From contig CAVOKF010000002.1 in assembly GCA_963696385.1 (NCBI GenBank), positions 79,642 through 143,641 on the forward strand: a stretch of 64,000 bases of DNA, written 5' to 3'. Shown here piece after piece: positions 56,130-64,000 of the stretch (the stretch's first letter is position 1; each line of letters opens with the position of its first letter). The stretch comes from an uncultured delta proteobacterium (GTDB lineage: Bacteria; Myxococcota_A; Polyangia; Polyangiales; Polyangiaceae). The position numbers and the translations under genes were made by a program. The notes below the pieces were generated by a model. The model was not told the DNA's origin. It searched no databases and saw nothing but the letters and a program-made list of their open reading frames with translations.

Positions 56130-56255
56130 TCAGGCGCATCGCCGCTCCTTGACCGAGCGATCGACCAGAGCGAGCTCGAAACGCGTGCCGATCTCGTTGA
56201 GCTGGCAATGGGGCGTGAGCCTCGCGTTGCCGGGGAAGCAGTGCAGAGTGAGCAT
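56130..56255 (-). pseudogene. Glutathione S-transferase N-terminal fragment
   Basis: MLTLHCFPGNARLTPH..EIGTRFELALVDR. Confidence 0.6.
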
Positions 56256-56269
56256 AGTGGGGGCGGGCT

Positions 56270-57745
56270 CATAGGTAGGATCTTTATTTCCCGAGTGATC
56301 TCGATCACTGACGTGCATAGTGCACGAATTGGATAGTCAAAGGCATCGGGGATTCTCTAGACGCTGTTGTGAGACAACGCGAAAGGAGACCCCCGATGCA
56401 CGGATCAAACAGTACACGCGCCGGAGTCGGCGTGTATGCGAAACGGCTTACGGAAGTACTCGGCGAGGAGCAGGTGACCGCGATCGCGAGACGTAGCGGC
56501 TGGCTACGGCGCGTGCGCAAGGTGATGCCGCTGGCGATGGTCGTGGCGGTGCTGTCGACGCTCGGGTCGGGCCACGCCAAGTGGTTGGCCGATATTCTGC
56601 GGACGTTCCGGAAATTCGCGGGCCTTTCGCTGCGATATAAGCCCTTTCACAACCGGCTCGCGCAAGCGTCCTTTCCAGAGATGTTTCGGATGCTGCTGGA
56701 AGCGACGGTACAGAAGATGAGCCAGCCGGTTCTGCACGCCGTGTCCCCCAAACTGTCGACCTTTCGGGACATCGTCATTCACGACGGGACGTCGTTCGCG
56801 CTCAAGGACGACTTGAAAGGCACATGGCCGGGCCGCTTTACAAAAATCTCGCCGGCCGCCGTGGAACTGCACGTCACGATGAGTCTGCTCCAAGACGATG
56901 TGCGCATCGTCGCCCTGACGGCCGACAAGGAGACCGAGCGAACCTACCGTCCCGAGGCCGCGAGTCTTCGCGAGCGGCTCTTTCTGGCCGACCGAGGGTA
57001 CGAGGAGCGAACATTCTTTTTCGACGTCGACCAAGCGGGCGGCGCCTTCATCGTCCGCGGAACCAAAAACATTCGACCCACCATTCGGGCCGCTTTCGAC
57101 AGCGCCGGCAAATCCATCCCCAAGTTGCTCGGCCAGAAGTTGAACTGGGACCTGCTTCCGGCCCAGACGGTCGATCTCGACATCGAATGGCAGGCGAATT
57201 CATTCGTGTATCGCGGGCGAATTGTGGCGATCTACAAGCGCGGCAAGCGCAACGCGAAGACGTTCGTGTACCTGCACAGCAACCTCGCTCGCAAGCGCTT
57301 CTCCGCCGCCGACGTGGCCGGCTTGTATCGCCTCCGCTGGCAGGTGGAACTCCTGTTCAAAGAGTTCAAATCCCACGCCAACCTTCATGCCTTCGATACG
57401 GGCAAGGCCGCTATCGCGAAAGCGATGATATGGGCGAGCTTGCTCGCAGCCCTTCTGAAACGCTCGCTCGCACACTTCGCGGAAGCGTCGCTGGGGGTGG
57501 AGCTTTCGACCCAGCGAGCCGCCGCGTCCGGCAAGCATTACTTCGACGATGTCCTCCGCGGCCTTCTCGACTCGCCGCGCCAACTACGTCGTGCCCTCGC
57601 CGAAACGCTCAAGTTCCTCGATTCCAACGCGCGCCGCGCTCATCCTGCTCGCGATCGAAAGCGCGGACGTCTCGCTATGGGCCTCGAGCCACTCGCACTT
57701 GTGTGGTAGCGAGCGCCATCCCGAATCCCTAAGTACCAACTTATG
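56270..57745 (+). mobile_element. IS4-family element, intact transposase (~56396-57709), with IRs and TSD
   Basis: DGTSF, LADRGY, YRLRWQVELLFKEFKS (YREK); IRs CATAGGTAGGATCTT / AAGTACCAACTTATG; flanking GGGGCGGGCT duplicated. Confidence 0.93.
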
Positions 57746-57755
57746 TGGGGCGGGC

Positions 57756-57882
57756 TAGCCCGATCGTTTAGCCCGATCGTTTAGCCCGATCGTTTAGCCC
57801 GATCGTTTAGCCCGATCGTTTAGCCCGATCGTTTAGCCCGATCGTTTAGCCCGATCGTTTAGCCCGATCGTTTAGCCCGATC
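57756..57882. repeat. 13-bp perfect tandem repeat, ~9.8 copies
   Basis: TAGCCCGATCGTT repeated, starting at the IS4 TSD. Confidence 0.95.
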
Positions 57883-57960
57883 TCGCGCAGCTTCGCTCGG
57901 CTCGATCCGTTTGACCCCGTCCGTCGTCGGCCGCACGCTGCTCTGTGATGGGGCTCCGTC

Positions 57961-58842
57961 GTGCGGCGGTCTCGCTATGCTGGGGCCGTGCGAGAGAAAC
58001 GCCCAAGCCAAACGGCCTTGTTCGTTGCGCTGCAGCGGACGCTGGCGCACGAAGGGTTCACCGGCGTGCCACGGTTTTCGGATCCGTTCGTGCGGCCGTT
58101 GCTGTCTCCGGGATGGACCCTCGTACACGCCGTCGTATCGCGCCGGATGAGGCGATTCACACCGGCGCGTCGTGAACGGGCCATCGCCCAGCTCGATGTG
58201 ATCCCACTGCGCGTTTCCGCCATCGATGCGCAATTGGATCAAGCCGTAGCTGCGGGATGCCGGCAGGTCGTCATCCTCGGCGCAGGACTCGACACCCGGA
58301 CATTTCGCATGCCGTCGCTCGCCGGGGCTGCCGTCTTCGAGATCGACCACCCTGCGACGCAAGCCTACAAGCGCCGGAAAACGGCTGCGCAGCCGTTCAT
58401 CGCTCGGTCGCTTGCGTACGTCCCGGTCAACTTCGAGCTCCAATCGCTCCTGCCCGAGCTCGCTGCAGCGGGGCATCGCTCGGACGAGCCGACCGTCTGG
58501 GTGGCGGAGGGACTGGTGATGTATCTGAGTGAAGACGGCCTGCGCAGCACCCTGAGAGACATCGCGACGTCTTCGGCTCCCGGAAGCGTGGTGCTGATCC
58601 ACTACACCTGCCCGCGCCAGGGCGGCCGGGAGCAACCGCTGAGGCGTCTTCTCCTTTCGCTGTGGCGCGAGCCGCAGATCGGCGAACGGGATTCGGAAAC
58701 GATGCACGACGAGATTCGGCGCGCCGGGCTCGATGTCCACCTTGACTCGCACCCGTTGGATTGGGCGGGCCAGTTGGGTGCTCGCCCTCCCTCGGGCGAG
58801 ACCGCCTCGGCGACTCACCTGCTGGTGGCGCGGCGTCGATGA
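57961..58842 (+). CDS. SAM-dependent methyltransferase (LCM/TIGR00027-like)
   Basis: QVVILGAGLDTR, FEIDHPATQAYK, VAEGLVMYL motifs. Confidence 0.92.
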   Translation: MRRSRYAGAVREKRPSQTALFVALQRTLAHEGFTGVPRFSDPFVRPLLSPGWTLVHAVVSRRMRRFTPARRERAIAQLDVIPLRVSAIDAQLDQAVAAGCRQVVILGAGLDTRTFRMPSLAGAAVFEIDHPATQAYKRRKTAAQPFIARSLAYVPVNFELQSLLPELAAAGHRSDEPTVWVAEGLVMYLSEDGLRSTLRDIATSSAPGSVVLIHYTCPRQGGREQPLRRLLLSLWREPQIGERDSETMHDEIRRAGLDVHLDSHPLDWAGQLGARPPSGETASATHLLVARRR

Positions 58843-59184
58843 GATTCACTTCGGCCGCAACGGCCATGAGCGGGCATTCGCTGAATCGGTTCGCCGCTCG
58901 TATCGGCGCAGTTGCTCAATGGTCCGCTCGGACGGAGGCGCAGCGACAACGCTTCGGCGTGCGATCTGCTCTTTACAAAGCGGGACATTGGCTCGGTGTC
59001 GACGCGACAAGTCGTTCCGCGCTGCCCGGAGCGACGGTCGCCTTGGCTTTCTGGTGGATGGTCCGGAGTCGGAATCGAGAGTCCAACGACTGGCAAATCA
59101 CGCACGCGAAAACGGGTACCACTGCGCCCTTGCGCCCGGCGCCACATGGGGTTGGAATGGGAACAGCCCTGGAGAAGAAGGCGC

Positions 59185-59650
59185 ATGAAGACCCCCGGCC
59201 GCCCGGCGAGCGGGCAAGTGAAGTGGCTTCGCAACGTCAAGACGGGTGCGTTTTGCTGGCATGCCCGCTTCACGTTGAACGGGAGGCGGACGAAGTTTGC
59301 GCCGCTCGACCGGCGAATCGCCGAGAACGACGTGGAGGGCGCGCGCGAATGCGCACGGCTCGCGTACGACTTCCTTCGGCACGGCGGCGCCGTCTCGGAC
59401 GTCGCCCGGGAGACTGTGGGGGAGTACGCCCACCGGTGGATTCGGTCCCGCAAGGCCAACGCACGGTCCGTGGGCGACAACGAGAGTCACTTGATTCACC
59501 ACGTGCTGCCGCTCATCGGCTCGCTGGACATGCTGGCCATTACGTCGGCGAACGGCGACACGATCGTCGCGAGGCTCGACGCGAAGATCGAGGCCGGCGA
59601 AATCAGCGACAAGACCGCGCGAAACATCTGGGGGACCGCCAAGAAGATGT
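59185..59650 (+). pseudogene. Tyrosine integrase N-terminal fragment (catalytic domain missing)
   Basis: ETVGEYAHRWI..HVLPLIG..ISDKTARNIWG core-binding-like region, followed by the att core. Confidence 0.7.
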
Positions 59651-59691
59651 TAACTAAAGACCGTAAGTTGTCGAAATTATTAACGAATGTT

Positions 59692-59712
59692 GTGGAGCTG
59701 ACGGGAATCGAA
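59692..59712 (-). other. att core: tRNA-Ala-like 3' end fragment
   Basis: Identical to 12352-12372. Confidence 0.75.
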
Positions 59713-60315
59713 CTCGACCATGGGCTTTCCGGGAAAACCGAGCGACTTCGCGAACTTGGCCACTAACAGGATGAAAACACTCCGGAATGCTCGTGCCCTC
59801 TAGATCCCTTCAGTTCCCTCTCGTTCGCTCTCGGGCTGCAGAGTTGGAGCAACATAGGAGCAACGATCCTGAGATCAGGTCCAGACATGAACGCGAGGCC
59901 GGACGTACGAGTGAGCTGACTCGATTAGAGGTCGGCGACCGCGAACATAGCTCAGCCGTAGAGGGACCGCGCGGAACCGGCCTCCGTAGCTCGCGCCGGT
60001 CCGGGTCCGTGGGGTGAAAGGCCGGGAAGGTCACGCGACGACACTGGCGGGGCGGAAATGCGGCGGGAACGAGGGCAAACGCATTCTCGGGCCTTGGCCG
60101 CGGCGTCGACACGCACGGCGCCGGCGCCGCTCGCATTCCGCGGCGTCCTCTGGTCGCCTACCCGTGGTCGCCTACCCGCCGCCGCGAGCTCTGGCTTGGC
60201 GTGTAGTGCAGCGCGGTGGTACACGATGTTGACGTTTTCGTATAGAAGCGCGCTCTATCGGTTCGTGCGTGGGTGGTCGTTTTAAAGGTTCGAGGTCTAA
60301 GGTCCAGGTGCAGCC

Positions 60316-60543
60316 ATGCTTCGTATATCGGATCTATCCGCGATGACGCCCGAAGCGCGATCGGAAGCGCTTCGGAAGCTTACGTCAGTTTCAAACGGCG
60401 CGAGAGTCGATGCGCAGATCCGTGCGTTCGAGCAGCAATACGAGATGACCTCGGACGAGATGCGTGCACGCGTCAGTCGTGGCGAACTGGACACTGCCGA
60501 CACGGCTCGGTGGCTCGTTTTGCTCCGAGCTTGTGGGCGCTAA
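60316..60543 (+). CDS. TumA-like antitoxin
   Basis: QIRAFEQQYEMTSDEM..GELD..RW motif; overlaps the downstream gene. Confidence 0.6.
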   Translation: MLRISDLSAMTPEARSEALRKLTSVSNGARVDAQIRAFEQQYEMTSDEMRARVSRGELDTADTARWLVLLRACGR

Positions 60544-61024
60544 GCACGCGCCGATCGAGCTCGGCAAGTATCTAGAGATTCACGAGACGGCCATGCGCTC
60601 CCTCGAGCGCGACAAATCTTATGTGCTTCCCGGCGGAGACGGTCTCGGAATCGAGCGTGTCGATACAACATTGCTTATTGCCGGCCGCATTCAGTGCAGC
60701 GGCGGAATCCTAATCGATGTAAGAAAGGTTCTCGCGATTCTCGAGGGCGAAGGCGACACCGCCATCGTTCAGACCGTCTCGTATACCTACCACGCACTAG
60801 CGGAAGATATCGGCAGCGTATTGCGATACTGCAGCCCGCACACGGATCACAATTTCTTTCATCACAAGCACACGTTTGATGCATTGAACGGCGACGTTCA
60901 TGGCCACGTCACCGAAATTGAGACAGATAAGTGGCCTACGCTTTCCGAAGTAATTTGCGAAATATGCAAATGGTACTATGATAACGCTACCGCGATCGAG
61001 GCAATGCGCGCCAGTTCCAAATAA
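60533..61024 (+). CDS. TumE/DUF6516-like toxin
   Basis: SYTYHA..LRYCSPH..HHKH..PTLSEVI motifs; probable GTG start at 60533. Confidence 0.6.
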   Translation: MGAKHAPIELGKYLEIHETAMRSLERDKSYVLPGGDGLGIERVDTTLLIAGRIQCSGGILIDVRKVLAILEGEGDTAIVQTVSYTYHALAEDIGSVLRYCSPHTDHNFFHHKHTFDALNGDVHGHVTEIETDKWPTLSEVICEICKWYYDNATAIEAMRASSK

Positions 61025-61129
61025 GGGCCTTGCCTCACTCGTCCGCTTGCATCGCAGCGAGCCATCCCTCTCTCGTTGATTCCGTGCCCCGCGATCTTCG
61101 TGATGCTTAATTGGACGGCACTTTCAGTG

Positions 61130-61235
61130 GCAACGGACGCTCATAAGACGCGATATGTTTCCGGGGTGGCTTCCCGCAGCTCTTCGTCGACCGACGTGCT
61201 TTCGGTTTACTACTCGCCTTTGGGCTTACTACTCG
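61130..61235 (-). repeat. GGCGAGTAG repeat copy G plus a stub of a second end (61219-61235)
   Basis: rc CGAGTAGTAAGCCCAAA followed by GGCGAGTAGTAAACCGAAAGCACGTCGGTCGACGAAGAG..GGAAACATATCGCGTCTTA. Confidence 0.85.
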
Positions 61236-61600
61236 TTGACGGACACGTCGCCCGACGGTGCGTCAGCCTGATTCGCGGACGTGCACGTATTGTCGATATT
61301 CCACGAAGTGCCCGCGTCCGACACGAAGGCCTCCCCGCAGCCGTGCGGGTTGCTCCCGCAAGCGTACCATTCGGGCACGAAGGTAAACTCGTTCGAATAC
61401 GTCTCGCCGCCGGCAAGCGTGAGCGTCGCCCGGCAGGTGCCCGCGTCGGTCGCGTTGAAGAGAGGGATGCTCGCGGCGTCCGGTTTGTTCTCTGTTCCGT
61501 TCTGTACGCACGGACCGCTCAGGCTGAGCGTCGGCGCCTCGGAGGGTGGACACTGAAAGCTGGGAACGATGAAGAAGCATGCGCATGGGCAGTTGCACAC
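61229..61600 (-). pseudogene. Cys-rich exported protein fragment
   Basis: Cys-rich ORF bounded by an rve element end and by the repeat stub that supplies its stop. Confidence 0.5.
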
Positions 61601-61609
61601 AGCTCCGTC

Positions 61610-62848
61610 TGTCGTGGCTCCTCACGTCGTCCGCCATCATCAAGCCGCCGCGCGATAGTCATGGTGCAGCCCGCCGAGCACGGGAAGCCCCATGACCGAG
61701 CCATCGAACCGGGCTCGGGCGCGTTCATCCGGGACTGGAATCTGCTGGCGCATCCCCTGATGAGGCCAAGCCACGTTGAAGTAGTCGACCGCATACTCCG
61801 CGAGGACGTGCCGCAGGTGAGCCTCTCCCAGAACGATCACGTGATCGAGGCATTCGCGCCGGACGCTGCCCAGAAATCGCTCGCACACCGAATTCATCAG
61901 GGGAGCCTGTACCGCTGTGCGCAGAATGCGAATCCCGGTGCCTTTGGCGACGCGGTCGAAGACCGCGCTGAACTTGTCGTCACGATCGCGAATGATGAAC
62001 TGCGGGCCCTGCCCGAAAGGCGTCGCATTGCAGAGCTGCTGCGCCGTCCACGCCTGCGTCGGAGCGCGCGTCACCGCAACGTGGACGACGCGCTTGGCGT
62101 TCACATCGACGATGAAGAACGCGAAGACCGGACGGAACCAAATATCGTAGGTCTGCAAGAAATCGCAGGCCCAGACCGTGTGGTTTCGCAGGAAGGTCGC
62201 CCAGCTCTGTCCGCCCCGCGGAGTGGAAGGCCGCGCGCCGCGCATGTGGCGTTGCACCGTTCGCTTCGCGACGCGGACGCCGACCTTCAGGAGCTCGCCC
62301 CGAATGCGCTCGGCTCCCCAGAGACGGTTCTCGGCCGCCATGCGCCGGATAAGCGCGATGACATCGGGCGCCAGACGCGGCTCGCGCAGGCCGACCGAGC
62401 GGGATTTTCGACGCCAGAAGAGCCGGAACCATTCACGGTGCCATCGAAGCACCGTCTCCGGCTTGATGAGGAGCAGTGCATGGCTCCAACCGGGAATAAG
62501 CCGAGCGAGCAGGACGAGCAGACCACGCTCGTGACTGCGAAAGCTGGGTCGCTTGGCGCTGCGGGAAGCGACGATGAGCTGCTGGCGCAGGAATGCGTTC
62601 TCGGCGAGCGGCTCACCGCGCGAACGGGTCAGATCGGCGATAAGGCCACCCGTGACCGTCGAAGGCCGGCACGCGTTGCGGAGCGCGCGCATCACGCCGG
62701 CGGCCAGGTTGGCAACCGTGATGGCAAGATGGGAGATGACAATGCGGAGCACCGCGCCCATCGAAGCGAATCCGTGCGCAAGCATCAAGCCTTGTTCGGC
62801 GACGCATTCTGAACGATCGTGCGGCGGAGGAGGACAGTAGCCAGGACA
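61610..62848 (-). mobile_element. rve/DDE insertion element, apparently intact transposase
   Basis: IRs TGTCGTGGCTCC / GTAGCCAGGACA; WGAERIRGE, WACDF, RDRDDKF, GGLHHDYRAAA. Confidence 0.9.
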
Positions 62849-62946
62849 GCGGTCGGTCGCCCGGCCGCACGTGACGCGGCTCGCCCGGATCGTGCTGGTG
62901 GCACTCGCTGCCATCACGCGAGCTTGATGGGATGTCGGGCGAGCCG

Positions 62947-63776
62947 TCACCATACTTGTGCGACTGCCCCGCAACGCATTTGCGTCTGGTATGCGACCCA
63001 CATTTGTGCGACCCACAACTGTGCGGAGCCGTTGCTACCGGACACCCCTCCAGGCCACGGAATCGTTCCCTCGTCGCTCGCGTAACTGGCGTCGGGATAG
63101 GAGAACGGCTCGGAACTACCCAGGAGCGCCGTGATAGCTCCCTCGAACACTGACGTGATGTCGACCTGGTCCCCCGGGTCGAGGACGCCGGCGAGCTGGT
63201 ACTGATCCCCCGTCAGCACGCCCGGTGCGTAATGCGCGCCCACGGCCCAAGAAGTGGCGGCGATGTACGCTATCGCGACGGGTCCCGTGTTGATGAGGAG
63301 CGCACTCGCGACTCCCGGGCATGGCGGGCCGCACTGGGCGAACCCGGCGTCCACCTGCACGCTGCTTGGGAAGGGAAATTCCCAGTCATAGCTTGGGCAG
63401 CTCATCGGCGTTTGGATGACGCCGTTGACGACGAACTCAAACGTCGCAAGAACGGGCAGCGACGGGGAACCGTCGAAGGGCGGAGCCCCGTCACCTCCCG
63501 CGTCGCTCGGTTCAACCCCACCGTCAGGAGCGCGGCCGGCCCCGGCATCGGCGCTGGTGGTTACGGCTTCTTCAGCTGGTCCTGCATCGCCACTTCCCAA
63601 CAGCGCGTCGCTCGGTTCAACCCCAGGAGCGCGGCCAGCCGCCGCGCATCGGCGCCGGTGGTTACGGCTCCTTCAGCTGGTCCTGCATCGCCACTTCCCA
63701 ACAGCGCGTCGCTCGTGTTGCACCCGGTCGCGATGAATAGGCAGCCGATAAAAGTGACGGCCGTCTCGTGTTTCAT
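62947..63776 (-). pseudogene. Lipoprotein frameshifted by an internal ~101-bp duplication
   Basis: FIATGC lipobox at the 63776 start; duplicated segment at 63545 and 63646 shifts the frame into ORF 62947-63600. Confidence 0.75.
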
Positions 63777-64000
63777 GATGTTCACCTCGACGATAGATTC
63801 CGCGACTCGGCGAAAACAATCACGGATTGTGCGTGCCACCAAGCAATTGAAGCAGATGCGGCGCATGCGGACTCGCCGGGTGCGCCGTAAAACCGCCGAC
63901 CGAGCATTGCGGCAGTCGTGCGGTCGCCGTGAGCCATGAGTGCATCGATACGCAGCACCGTCGCCTCGTCGGCGAGAGCGGATCCGGGAGAGGCGTGATC

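Noticed and set aside
57756..57882. CRISPR array
   Set aside because: Contiguous 13-bp units with no spacers; no cas genes in the window.
1..64000. Alternative genetic code (TGA=Trp)
   Set aside because: TGA terminates many intact genes (e.g. 7628, 8932, 25735) and TGG is used normally.

Overview
High-GC accessory region, most likely from a myxobacterium (Polyangiales-like, inferred from Cys-rich 'DAG' lipoproteins, a Ser/Thr kinase-FHA pair and a TPR/PEGA protein). There are no housekeeping genes. It is a heavily scrambled island hotspot containing two tyrosine-integrase remnants each followed by the same 21-bp tRNA-Ala-like att core (12352 and 59692), a tRNA-Gly 3' att fragment, a primase/helicase replication module with a candidate iteron origin, at least six toxin-antitoxin loci or remnants, and a disrupted Mrr-N restriction gene. 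Mobile elements include IS66 (one with DUF4338), ISKra4, IS4, IS21 istB, an IS91 interrupted by a large-serine-recombinase element, at least five copies of a poorly classified rve/DDE element and two group II intron remnants. The most notable unannotated signal is a dispersed ~110-bp repeat family (about 9 copies, both strands). It has a sharply defined GGCGAGTAG terminus that truncates neighbouring genes and an internal Xer/dif-like site, so it is a candidate transposon end or recombination-cassette boundary with no cognate enzyme in the window. Many frameshifts and in-frame stops could be real decay or assembly errors. All family calls come from motif recognition by eye; no database searches were run.
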